From contig CAWBYW010000018.1 of NCBI GenBank assembly GCA_963792965.1, positions 32,001 through 96,000 on the forward strand: a DNA stretch of 64,000 bases. Reading direction: 5' to 3'. Made by a program: the position numbers and the translations under genes. This document shows positions 28,647 to 37,944 of this stretch, one piece after another. The DNA is from an uncultured delta proteobacterium. GTDB lineage: Bacteria > Desulfobacterota > Zymogenia > Zymogenales > Zymogenaceae. The notes under the pieces were generated by a model. It ran no database searches. It was given only the letters and a program-made list of their open reading frames with translations, and was not told the DNA's origin. Within the stretch, counting starts at the first letter, position 1. Each line of letters starts with the position of its first letter.

Positions 28647-30023
28647 TTGTTGTTGAGCGCCGCCTCCAAGATACTCGTCATCGACGACGATCCCGTGATC
28701 CGCGAGGCGGCCACCGACGTGCTGACCGGGGAGGGCTACATCGTCAAGACCGCCCCCGATGGGGCAACGGGCCTCTCGCTCATCTCCGACCGCGCCTTTG
28801 ACCTCATCCTCGTCGATCTCGTGATGCGCGGTATCGACGGCATGGAGGTCTTGAGGAGCGTAAGAGCCGATGATCCGGACGCGGTGGTGGTGGTCATCAC
28901 GGCCCACGGGACCGTCGAATCCGCCGTGCAGGCCATGAAGCTCGGGGCTTTCGATTTTCTGCCCAAGCCCTTTACCCCCAACGAGCTGAGAATGGTCGCC
29001 AGACGTGGACTCTCGGTGCGGCGGCTCACCCTCCAGAACCGGCTCTTCAAGGAGGAGCTCACGCAGGCCGTCGGGACAGAGCTTGGCGGCATCCACCCGA
29101 TCCTCGGCGAGTCCGAGGCGATCATCCACGTCCGCGAGCAGATCAAGAAGGTCGCCCCCACGAGCAGCACGGTCCTCCTGTTGGGCGAAACGGGAACGGG
29201 AAAGGAGCTCGTCGCCCGGGCGATCCATCAGTTCTCCGAGCGACAGCAGGAGCCGATGCTCATCGTCGACTGCGGCTCGCTTGTGGAGACCCTTTTCGAG
29301 AGCGAGCTCTTCGGCCACGTCAAGGGCTCGTTCACCGGGGCCACGGCCACCAAGCACGGCCGCTTCGAGCTCGCCAACGGCGGGACGCTCTTCCTTGACG
29401 AGATCACCAACATCAGCCTGAAGATTCAGAGCAAGCTCCTCCGCGCCATTCAGGAGCGCGAAATTATCCGGGTGGGGAGCTCCCACCCCATCAAAGTGGA
29501 CGTGAGGATCATCGCGGCGACGAACAAGGACATCCTCGACGAGGTCAGGAAAGGCAACTTCCGGGAGGACCTCTTCTACCGGCTTTCGGTTGTGCCGATT
29601 ACGCTGCCCCCCCTGCGCGAGCGGCGGGAGGATATCACGACGCTTGCCCTCCAATTCCTCGAAAAATATGGGCGGCGCCGCAAGAAGGATATCAAGGCGA
29701 TCTCCGAAAAGGCGATGTCGGCGTTGGTCTCATACCACTGGCCCGGAAACGTCCGGGAGCTGGAGAGCGTCATCGAGCGGGCGGTGGTCTTGACCGAAAA
29801 TGAGATGATCATGCTGGCTGACCTGATGTTTTTCGGAGGAGACCGGACACCCGAGGAGACGCGGACCGACCGACTTCTCGTGACGATCGAAGACATGGAA
29901 CGGGAGCACATCCGCCGCGTGCTGGCCTCAACCGAGGGCAGGAAATCCAAAGCCGCCGACATCCTCGGGATCGACCGCAAGACCCTCAGGCTGAAGATGG
30001 CCAAATACGGGATCGAAGAATAG
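28647..30023 (+). CDS. sigma54-dependent response regulator (NtrC family, REC-AAA+-HTH)
   Basis: [31 protein letters not shown], Fis-type HTH. Confidence 0.95.
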   Translation: MLLSAASKILVIDDDPVIREAATDVLTGEGYIVKTAPDGATGLSLISDRAFDLILVDLVMRGIDGMEVLRSVRADDPDAVVVVITAHGTVESAVQAMKLGAFDFLPKPFTPNELRMVARRGLSVRRLTLQNRLFKEELTQAVGTELGGIHPILGESEAIIHVREQIKKVAPTSSTVLLLGETGTGKELVARAIHQFSERQQEPMLIVDCGSLVETLFESELFGHVKGSFTGATATKHGRFELANGGTLFLDEITNISLKIQSKLLRAIQEREIIRVGSSHPIKVDVRIIAATNKDILDEVRKGNFREDLFYRLSVVPITLPPLRERREDITTLALQFLEKYGRRRKKDIKAISEKAMSALVSYHWPGNVRELESVIERAVVLTENEMIMLADLMFFGGDRTPEETRTDRLLVTIEDMEREHIRRVLASTEGRKSKAADILGIDRKTLRLKMAKYGIEE

Positions 30024-30097
30024 CGGCCGGGCACCGGTCGCCATCGTGCAAGCGCGGGAGGCAGTCCGTTTCCGGGTAGCCTCCCGGTCGGGTCCGA

Positions 30098-30139
30098 GAG
30101 GAATTTTGCACCACGATATGGGGCAAAACGAACCATGGG
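30098..30139 (+). promoter_or_regulatory. Putative enhancer (UAS) upstream of hoxF
   Basis: TTGCACCAC-GAT-ATGGGGCAAAACGAACCATGGG, a duplicate of the 23981 site. Confidence 0.75.
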
Positions 30140-30323
30140 ATGCGTTGATTTCTCTCGCCGCATTTCCCCTTTCGGGCCGGATCAAGGAAGCCCGGGTCCA
30201 CCCGCACATATCAGATTATCTTGCGCCCTCGTTTCTCAACGATTTCAAACAATAAGCACGCACCTCCCAATTCATCCGACCCCGAGCCGCACGCCGGTAT
30301 GCCGGGCACGCAGCCGCCCGGTT

Positions 30324-30339
30324 TGGCATGTGAATTGCT
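30324..30339 (+). promoter_or_regulatory. sigma54 promoter of the hox operon
   Basis: TGGCAT-GTGAA-TTGCT, about 90 nt upstream of hoxF. Confidence 0.85.
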
Positions 30340-30429
30340 ATCTTAAGAAGTGTCGTTCTCCGCGCCGCGGGCGCGCTTTTTTATGAGCCGCCGATTTTTC
30401 AGATCACGTCATAAGAGAGAGGAAAAGAG

Positions 30430-32211
30430 ATGAGCGAAGACCGGGCACTGTTTATTAAGAAGGTCGCGGAAAAATACGGGAGGGACCCCACCCGGCTGAT
30501 GGACGTCCTGTTGGAGGTAAACGCCCAGTACGGCTGGTTCTCGGAGGAAACCATCGGGTACATCGGCGACGCGATGGATATCCCGCGCGTCAAGGTCCGC
30601 GATAAGATCAGCTTCTACACCTTCTTTTCCCGCATTCCCGTCGGCAAGACGGTGATCCGTCTGTCCAACAGCGTCGTGGAGAAGATGAAGGGCTCGACCG
30701 AGATCGCGCGGGCTTTTGAACAAGCCGTCGGCGTCACGTTCGGCCAGACCACCCAGGACGGACAGATCACCCTGGCCTATGCCCAGTGCATCGGCATGAG
30801 CGACCAGGCGCCGTCGGCTCTCATCAACCATATTCCGATCGGTAACCTCCTACCCGAAGATGTGCCGGACATCGTGAACTCGATCAGGAAGGGAGAAGAT
30901 ATCTCCCAACTTCCCCAGGCCCTTATCGACGTGAACCTCAGGCGCTCGGGGCCGGTGGTCTTCGCCCCGATGGATGCCGGCACGGCCCTGCGGGCGGCCC
31001 TCAAGATGACGCCGGAAGGAGTCATCGAGGAGCTCAAAAAGTCCAAGCTGCGCGGCCGCGGCGGCGCGGGTTTCCCCACCGGAAAGAAGTGGGAGGCCGC
31101 CCACAACGTCAAGAGCGACTTCCGCTACATCATCTGCAACGCCGACGAGGGGGAGCCCGGCACCTTCAAGGACCGGGTCATCATGAGCGAGCGGGCCGAC
31201 CTCGTCTTCGAGGGCATGACGATCGCGGGGTATGCTGTCGGCGCCGAATACGGCATCGTCTACCTGAGGGGCGAGTATGAGTACATGCTGGAGGATCTGA
31301 AGAAGATCCTCGAAGAGCGGAGAAAGAAAGGGCTCCTCGGCAAGAATATCCTCGGCAAAAAGGGCTTCAATTTTGCCATCCGGATCCAGATCGGCGCGGG
31401 CGCCTACATCTGCGGAGAGGAATCGGCGCTCATCGAGTCGCTGGAGGGAAAGCGCGGTGCCCCTCGGGAGCGTCCGCCCTTCCCCGTGGAAAAAGGATAC
31501 ATGAACCGCCCCACCTCGGTCAACAACGTCGAGACCCTTTGCGCAGCGGCCCGGATCATGGAACAGGGCGCCGACTGGTTCACCACCATCGGCACCGAGG
31601 CCTCGTCGGGAACGAAGCTCTTGTCCGTCTCGGGTGACTGCAATCGTCCCGGCGTCTACGAGATAGAGTACGGCATATCCGTCGAGAGGTTCCTCAAGAT
31701 GGTCGGGGCCGAGCACGCCATCGCCGCCAAGATCGGAGGCCCCTCGGGTCGCCTCGTGGCGCCGAAGGACTTTGACCGAACGATCTCATTTGAGGACTTC
31801 TCAACCGGCGGCTCGGTCATCTTCTTCGGGCCGGAGCGTGACCTGTTAGTCCATATGCGCCAGTTCACCGAGTTTTTCGTTGAGGAGTCGTGCGGCTGGT
31901 GTACTCCGTGCCGTGTCGGCACCACGCTGATGCTCGTCGAGTTCGACAAGTTCCTCGAGGGCAGGGCGACAAAATCCGACCTCGATAACCTTAAGAGGCT
32001 CGGGGAGTCCATCAAGCTTATGAGCCGCTGTGGCCTGGGCCAGACGGCCCCGAACCCGATCCTCACCAGCATGCAGAATTTCCCCGAGCTCTACGAGGCG
32101 CGCATCAAGGATGCCGATTACATCGGCCGATTCGATTTTGCCAAGGCTATACAAAAGGGGAGCGAGATCACGGGGAGAAAACCACATCACGAAGAGGAGG
32201 CAGATCTATGA
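30430..32211 (+). CDS. hoxF: NAD-reducing hydrogenase diaphorase large subunit (NuoE-like plus NuoF fusion)
   Basis: LRGRGGAGFPTG, CNADEGEPGTFKDR, GAYICGEESAL, ESCGWCTPCR...CGLG. Confidence 0.93.
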   Translation: MSEDRALFIKKVAEKYGRDPTRLMDVLLEVNAQYGWFSEETIGYIGDAMDIPRVKVRDKISFYTFFSRIPVGKTVIRLSNSVVEKMKGSTEIARAFEQAVGVTFGQTTQDGQITLAYAQCIGMSDQAPSALINHIPIGNLLPEDVPDIVNSIRKGEDISQLPQALIDVNLRRSGPVVFAPMDAGTALRAALKMTPEGVIEELKKSKLRGRGGAGFPTGKKWEAAHNVKSDFRYIICNADEGEPGTFKDRVIMSERADLVFEGMTIAGYAVGAEYGIVYLRGEYEYMLEDLKKILEERRKKGLLGKNILGKKGFNFAIRIQIGAGAYICGEESALIESLEGKRGAPRERPPFPVEKGYMNRPTSVNNVETLCAAARIMEQGADWFTTIGTEASSGTKLLSVSGDCNRPGVYEIEYGISVERFLKMVGAEHAIAAKIGGPSGRLVAPKDFDRTISFEDFSTGGSVIFFGPERDLLVHMRQFTEFFVEESCGWCTPCRVGTTLMLVEFDKFLEGRATKSDLDNLKRLGESIKLMSRCGLGQTAPNPILTSMQNFPELYEARIKDADYIGRFDFAKAIQKGSEITGRKPHHEEEADL

Positions 32212-32936
32212 GCCGTCAAGAAGTCAACTTCACCCTCGACGGCGTGAAGGTTACGGGCATCAAGGGACAGACGATCATGGAGGCCGCCGATTCGGCGGGT
32301 ATCTATATCCCCCGGCTCTGCTGGCATAAGGACCTGCCCGCCGGCGGCAACTGCCGTGTCTGCACGGTGCTGGTTAATGGGAGGCCTGCGGGGTCGTGCC
32401 TTTTCCCCGCCGACGACGGGCTCGTGGTGGAAAGCAACACGAAACAGCTCAAGGAATACCGCCGCCGGCTCGTGGAGATGCATTTCGTCGAGGGAAACCA
32501 CTACTGCCCTTCGTGCGAGGCAAGCGGCGAGTGCGAGCTGCAGGCCCTCGGATACTTTACGGGGATGCTCACCCCCACCTTCCCGTACCTCAGACCGAAG
32601 TACGAGGTCGACGCGAGTCACCCCGATGTCTATATCGATCGCGACCGCTGCGTACTCTGCGGCCGGTGCATCCGTGCCTCGGAGTTCCTCGACGGCAAGA
32701 GCGTCTTCTCCTTCGAGGGAAGGGGGATTCGCAAGAAAATCTCAGTCAATGCCGTCCACAACCTCGGCGAGACGAATATGGCCGCCGCCGACCGCGCGGC
32801 GACAATCTGCCCCACCGGTGCCCTTGTCGTTAAGCGCACCGGTTACCGGATACCCATCGGGAAAAGGAGATTCGACAAACGCCCGATCGGGTGGGAGATC
32901 GAAAAAAAGAGAAAAGACCCCGCACAGTCAAAATAA
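32208..32936 (+). CDS. hoxU: Diaphorase small subunit (NuoG N-terminal-like)
   Basis: IPRLC...CRVC...C [2Fe-2S], HYCPSC...C, CVLCGRC. Confidence 0.92.
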   Translation: MSRQEVNFTLDGVKVTGIKGQTIMEAADSAGIYIPRLCWHKDLPAGGNCRVCTVLVNGRPAGSCLFPADDGLVVESNTKQLKEYRRRLVEMHFVEGNHYCPSCEASGECELQALGYFTGMLTPTFPYLRPKYEVDASHPDVYIDRDRCVLCGRCIRASEFLDGKSVFSFEGRGIRKKISVNAVHNLGETNMAAADRAATICPTGALVVKRTGYRIPIGKRRFDKRPIGWEIEKKRKDPAQSK

Positions 32937-32947
32937 AGAGGTGATCA

Positions 32948-33490
32948 ATGGCAAAGCCACTCATTGCGACACAGCATCTGACCAGTTGTTTCGGCTGCCA
33001 CATGTCGATACTGGACATAGACGACCGGATCCTGAAGCTCGCCAAGATGGTCGATTTCGACAGGTCGCCGATCAACGATATTAAACAGTTCACCTGGCCC
33101 GTGGAGATCGGCATCGTCGAGGGCGGGGTGTCAAGCGACGAGCACGTAGAGATCCTGAAAGATTTTCGAGAGAACTGCAAGATCCTCATCGGCATCGGCG
33201 CCTGCGCCATCGCCAACGCCGTCCCCTCGATGAGAAACACGGTCCCCCTTAAGGAATGCCTCGAGGAGGCCTTTCTCAAGGGCCCTTCGGTCGTCGATGG
33301 CGGGATTATCCCGAACGACGAGGACATCCCGATCCTTCTGGACAAGGTCTATCCGCTGCATGAGGTGGTCAAGATAGACTATTTCCTTCCCGGCTGCCCG
33401 CCCTCGGCCGACACGATCTGGAACGCTCTCGTGGCGCTCCTGACCGGAAAGGAGCTCCAATTTCCCTATGAACTCATTAAGTACGATTAA
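32948..33490 (+). CDS. hoxY: [NiFe]-hydrogenase small subunit
   Basis: CFGCHMS, GACA and PGCPP motifs. Confidence 0.93.
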   Translation: MAKPLIATQHLTSCFGCHMSILDIDDRILKLAKMVDFDRSPINDIKQFTWPVEIGIVEGGVSSDEHVEILKDFRENCKILIGIGACAIANAVPSMRNTVPLKECLEEAFLKGPSVVDGGIIPNDEDIPILLDKVYPLHEVVKIDYFLPGCPPSADTIWNALVALLTGKELQFPYELIKYD

Positions 33491-33508
33491 GGGCGCGGAG
33501 GTCACGGT

Positions 33509-34939
33509 ATGGCTACACGAAAGATCGTCATCAATCCAGTAACCCGCGTCGAGGGGCACGGGAAGGTCACCCTTCACCTCGACGAGTCGGGTCATATAAA
33601 CCAGGCGCGTTTTCACGTCACCGAGTTTCGCGGGTTTGAACGCTTCGTTCAGGGCCGTCTCTTCTGGGAGGCCCCGGTCATCGTCGAGCGGCTGTGCGGT
33701 ATCTGCCCGGTGAGCCATCACCTGGCGGCCAGCAAGGCGATGGACATCATCGCCGGCGTGTCGAAGCTCACCCCGACGGCGGAGAAGATGCGCCGCCTCA
33801 TGCACTACGGGCAGATATACCAGTCCCACGCGCTCCACTTTTTCCATCTCTCCTCGCCGGACCTCTTGTTCGGGTTCGACGCCCCGGTCGAGAAGCGAAA
33901 CGTCTTCGGCGTTATCGAGGCTGACCCGGAGCTTGCCAAGAAGGCCGTGCTGATGCGCAAATTTGGACAGGAGGTCATAAAGGCGACCGGCGGCAAGAAG
34001 GTACACTCCACTTCTTCGATCCCCGGCGGTGTCAACAAGAACCTCTCGGTCGAGGAGCGCGACGAGCTCAAGAAGGACGCCGACACGATGGTGGAGTGGG
34101 CGGTCATGGCGCTTTCGCTCTGCAAGAAGATCATCAACGCCGACGCCAAACGGCTGCTTGATTTCGGCACCTTCGAGTCAAATTTCGTCTCGCTGGTCAG
34201 GGAAGACGGATGCATGGACCTCTACGACGGCAAGCTCAGGGCCATCGACCCCGACGGCAAGATCATATTCGACCAGGTGGCGCCTGCCGACTATCTCGAT
34301 TACATCCGGGAGGAGGTACGCCCCTGGAGCTACATGAAGTTCCCGTTCATCTACCCACTGGGTAAGGAAAAGGGATGGTATCGCGTAGGCCCCCTGGCCC
34401 GGATGAACTGTGTCACGTACATAGATACGCCCATCGCCGAAAAGGAGCGCGCCGAGTTTATGGCGCTCGGGGGCGGCCGCCCGATCCATTCGTCCCTGGC
34501 CTATCACTGGGCGCGGATGATCGAGCTTGTCCACGCCGCCGAGAAGATCAAGGAGCTGTTGGACGACCCCGATCTGCAGAAAAACGACCTCGTGCTGACC
34601 GGCAAGCGTGCAAAGCGCACTGTTGCGTGGATCGAGGCGCCCCGGGGCACGCTCTTTCACCACTACGAGGTGGACGACAACGACCAGATCACCATGGCGA
34701 ATCTGATTGTCTCCACCACCAATAACAACGAGCCGATGAACCGGGTGGTCCAAAAGGTCGCCGAGCAGTACCTGGAGGGCAAGAAGATCACCGAGGGGCT
34801 TCTCAACCACATCGAGGTGGGCATCCGCGCCTACGACCCGTGCCTCTCCTGCGCGACACACGCGCTGGGCCGGATGCCGCTCATCGTGACCCTCTTTGAC
34901 CACCGGGGCGTCGTTATCGATGAGAGGAGCCGCACATGA
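33509..34939 (+). CDS. hoxH: [NiFe]-hydrogenase large subunit, group 3d
   Basis: RVEGH, L1 RLCGICPVSH, EAPRG, L2 DPCLSCATH plus a cleavable C-terminal extension. Confidence 0.95.
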   Translation: MATRKIVINPVTRVEGHGKVTLHLDESGHINQARFHVTEFRGFERFVQGRLFWEAPVIVERLCGICPVSHHLAASKAMDIIAGVSKLTPTAEKMRRLMHYGQIYQSHALHFFHLSSPDLLFGFDAPVEKRNVFGVIEADPELAKKAVLMRKFGQEVIKATGGKKVHSTSSIPGGVNKNLSVEERDELKKDADTMVEWAVMALSLCKKIINADAKRLLDFGTFESNFVSLVREDGCMDLYDGKLRAIDPDGKIIFDQVAPADYLDYIREEVRPWSYMKFPFIYPLGKEKGWYRVGPLARMNCVTYIDTPIAEKERAEFMALGGGRPIHSSLAYHWARMIELVHAAEKIKELLDDPDLQKNDLVLTGKRAKRTVAWIEAPRGTLFHHYEVDDNDQITMANLIVSTTNNNEPMNRVVQKVAEQYLEGKKITEGLLNHIEVGIRAYDPCLSCATHALGRMPLIVTLFDHRGVVIDERSRT

Positions 34940-35457
34940 CCGAAAGACTAAGACAATCGATTTTCGTCCTCGGCTACGGCAACCCCGGCAGACAGGACGA
35001 CGGCCTGGGTGTCGCCGCGGCTGAGGGCATCAGGCCCCTCGGCCTTCCCCGCATCACGTTCGAGACGGCCTATCAGCTCAATATTGAGGACGCCGAGGCG
35101 ATCTCCGGGCATGACGTAGTCATTTTCATAGATGCCTCGCTGAACGCGCCGGAGCCTTTTTCCTTTGAGCGGCTGGCCCCGGCCGAAGAGGTCTCCTTCA
35201 CGAGCCACTCGGTCTCTCCCGGATCGATCCTTAAGTTATGCGCCGAGCACTTCGGCCCCGCGCCCGAGGCGTGGGTGCTGGCGATCCGGGGCTACTCCTT
35301 CGAGTTTGAGGAGAGGCTGACCGAAAAGGCGCGAGAGAACCTCGATGCGGCGATCGCCTTTCTGTCCGAAATTCTCGTATGGATCTCCAGGCACGTCTCG
35401 CCTAAGGCTCTTGAGACAAAGGACGCCGTGATCAATAAGCTGATGAGATGTAGATAG
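34936..35457 (+). CDS. hoxW: Hydrogenase maturation endopeptidase
   Basis: GYGNPGRQDDGLG, FIDA and SH motifs; directly follows hoxH. Confidence 0.88.
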   Translation: MTERLRQSIFVLGYGNPGRQDDGLGVAAAEGIRPLGLPRITFETAYQLNIEDAEAISGHDVVIFIDASLNAPEPFSFERLAPAEEVSFTSHSVSPGSILKLCAEHFGPAPEAWVLAIRGYSFEFEERLTEKARENLDAAIAFLSEILVWISRHVSPKALETKDAVINKLMRCR

Positions 35458-35476
35458 GACAATTATTCAGAGCTTC

Positions 35477-35505
35477 ACGAGGGGCGGCGAAGACCGCCCC
35501 TCGTC
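35477..35505 (+). terminator. Hairpin closing the hox operon
   Basis: ACGAGGGGCGG-CGAAGA-CCGCCCCTCGT; weak U-tract. Confidence 0.55.
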
Positions 35506-35588
35506 ACTTCTCCCCTCCCGTTCCCGATCGGAAATCCACAAGCAGATATACGCGCCATAAACAGCATAAAGACATTTCCTCTTTTTCC

Positions 35589-35618
35589 TTGACTTCCTGT
35601 ACAAACGAAGATTAGAAT
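35589..35618 (+). promoter_or_regulatory. sigma70-like promoter
   Basis: TTGACT-18 bp-TAGAAT. Confidence 0.5.
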
Positions 35619-35780
35619 ATTTTAATATTTTACCGTGCACTTCTCTTTCACCCGAAGAGAGGCAGCGTCTTACGGCTCCGCCGACGACCTTCCGCTTTAA
35701 CGGGTAGCGATCCGGTGACTTCTGTTGTTGTGATGTGGTTTTTTCGACTCTTGAAACAAACCTTTCTTGAGGGGACCTTC

Positions 35781-37547
35781 ATGGACAAACGAAAAGCATT
35801 TTTTTTCTCACTTGCGGCCATCTGCCTGACCGCGGCCTTCGCGTTCACGGCGGTGGCCCAGGACGTCATCTACATCTCGGAGCCGGACCTCGCCGAGACG
35901 CCGAAGATCCTCCCCCGCATGGACGCGCCGCTCTGGAACATGGATTACCGCCACAACCCCGCACTCCTGAAGCTTGACTGCCCCTACGAGTTCATCGACG
36001 ACGCCTACTACCTCGGCTCGGGGTGGAGCATCTCGTCCGAGTCCTTTAATGAGGGGTTCCTTTGGAACGACACGAGGCCGGCATTCCTGATAAAACACGT
36101 CGAGGACAAGTACCTGACCACGGTCCTGGGCACCGACGCCGGCTTTGCGCTGAGGCTCAACGACCGATCGAGCCTCGCCCTCATCTTCAACTACCGCTAC
36201 GGCAACCTCAAAGGGGACGGTAACTTCTCCCTCATTAACAGGGCTGCAACAGGCACCACCGCCAGGTTGGACGGCTCGATCAGCCAGAAGCTCGAGACGC
36301 ACGACTTCACCCTCTCGGCGCTCTATAGCCTTAAGATGAGCGACGCCCTCACCGTGGGCGCCGGGCTCAAGTACGCGTATCGGGACGAGAGCTGGGACAA
36401 CGACCTCTTCGGCCAAGGATCCGACCCGTTCGTCGCTCCATCGTTCTTTACTGACCTGAACCAAGATCTTGGGCTCAGGTATAACATCGTTTCGCCCATT
36501 CTCGGCGTCTCGTTCAAGCCCTCCGACCGCTTCAACATGGACGCCTGGCTTTCGGCCGGGTTCTACTTCGGGGACGTCCAGAAGAACTCGAACCTGTTCG
36601 AAAGTGCGGTTCTCGGGCTTTTCAACTTTGCGCCCTACAGCGAGGACCTCGACTCGGGCGACGTTACCGGCTGGGATATAAGCACCTCCGTCCGGCCGGA
36701 GCTCGCCGTCACGGACGCCCTCTCCATCCCCTTCGTCCTCGATTTTTCCTACCGAGACATCAAATGGAGCGTGGGCGGCGCCTCCTTCGGCTACTTCGGA
36801 CCCCAGGACTACGACCTGGTCTTCTACGGCCCGGGCCACATCGGCTACGAGAACGAGGAGACGACCTGGCACATAAAGGCCGGCGCGGGGGTGACCTACG
36901 ACGCCGGGTGGGCGACCCTGTCGGGCCTCCTCTCCTATACCCGCTGGGAGTTCCTCAACGCGTATGACCAGGAGAACGATGTCACCGGAGCCAACTTCCC
37001 CGGGCTGACGGCGTTTGCCCAGCGGGACAGCGAGAGCAGGGACATCGTGGCGCTAGACCTCTCGCTCAAGAAAGAGTTCTCCGAGATGCTGTCGGCCGAC
37101 TTTTCCGCCACTTACCTCGTCGGCTGGGCCCACCGGAGGTACCAGATGTCATACAAGTCTCCGTGGGAGTCGATCCCCCCGCCGGATGAGCTCAGGGTCG
37201 TCGCCGATGGGTGGGACGCCTACCAGGACCTGATTCTCTCCGCCACGATGGACCTCAAGCCGACGGACCGCCTGAGCATCTCTCTCATGGGCACCGTCAC
37301 GATCCCCCTCAACGGCCTCGACTATACCCTGGAAGGCCTGGGGACGGGGTTGGACGCCACCCGCCGGACAATTAACAGGGACGTGTACATCGACGGCCCG
37401 GTGGTCCGGGAATACGAGACCTCGGGCTGGGAGTGGGGCGCGCTGCTGTCCCTCACCTACGAGTTCGGCTGCCCGGCGCCGGTGCCGCCGGTTGCCCCCG
37501 AGGCGCCCAAGGTCGCTCCACAGCTGACGCCGATGAGCCAGAAGTAA
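35781..37547 (+). CDS. Putative outer-membrane beta-barrel protein of unknown function
   Basis: Signal peptide MDKRKAFFFS...TAVA, many amphipathic aromatic beta-strands, Pro-rich tail. Confidence 0.7.
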   Translation: MDKRKAFFFSLAAICLTAAFAFTAVAQDVIYISEPDLAETPKILPRMDAPLWNMDYRHNPALLKLDCPYEFIDDAYYLGSGWSISSESFNEGFLWNDTRPAFLIKHVEDKYLTTVLGTDAGFALRLNDRSSLALIFNYRYGNLKGDGNFSLINRAATGTTARLDGSISQKLETHDFTLSALYSLKMSDALTVGAGLKYAYRDESWDNDLFGQGSDPFVAPSFFTDLNQDLGLRYNIVSPILGVSFKPSDRFNMDAWLSAGFYFGDVQKNSNLFESAVLGLFNFAPYSEDLDSGDVTGWDISTSVRPELAVTDALSIPFVLDFSYRDIKWSVGGASFGYFGPQDYDLVFYGPGHIGYENEETTWHIKAGAGVTYDAGWATLSGLLSYTRWEFLNAYDQENDVTGANFPGLTAFAQRDSESRDIVALDLSLKKEFSEMLSADFSATYLVGWAHRRYQMSYKSPWESIPPPDELRVVADGWDAYQDLILSATMDLKPTDRLSISLMGTVTIPLNGLDYTLEGLGTGLDATRRTINRDVYIDGPVVREYETSGWEWGALLSLTYEFGCPAPVPPVAPEAPKVAPQLTPMSQK

Positions 37548-37573
37548 CCTGACCCTCGATACGAACCTAAACA

Positions 37574-37606
37574 AAGAGGGGCGGCCGAAAGGCCGCCTTT
37601 CTTTTA
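37574..37606 (+). terminator. Rho-independent terminator
   Basis: GGCGGCC-GAAA-GGCCGCC followed by TTTCTTTT. Confidence 0.75.
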
Positions 37607-37944
37607 AGCTCATCGTTCCTATGCACCCGGGCCCTTCCCCGCCGTGCCGCTTGCGCGACGGAGGGAAGGATTATGACCGCCGCGCCCTCATAAAGAAACA
37701 ACCGAAACCAACTTTTTCATTTCGATAACGGATTGCGTCTTTTATATAAACTTCTCTATAATTATCGATTTTTAATATTGACATTCCCGCACGAAACTGC
37801 TTTATAGTATTTGAATTTTTCTAAGCCATCTTGCATCATGCTCCTTTGGATTTCCCCGTGAAACTGAGCATCCGTTCGTGCCTGCTGCACGAACTCACCA
37901 TTGGGCAGGAACCTGGCTTTGCCATCGATTTCGGGAGGTATTTG

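Noticed and set aside
28441-28656. 71-aa ORF across the hairpin array, and similar ORFs over 21286-21741 and 23272-24108
   Set aside because: These are translations of repeat DNA with no coding signature.
35620-35780. Riboswitch in the long leaders of the surface-protein genes (also 37810-37944)
   Set aside because: Small hairpins exist, but I recognise no c-di-GMP or other riboswitch consensus. An Rfam scan would be needed.
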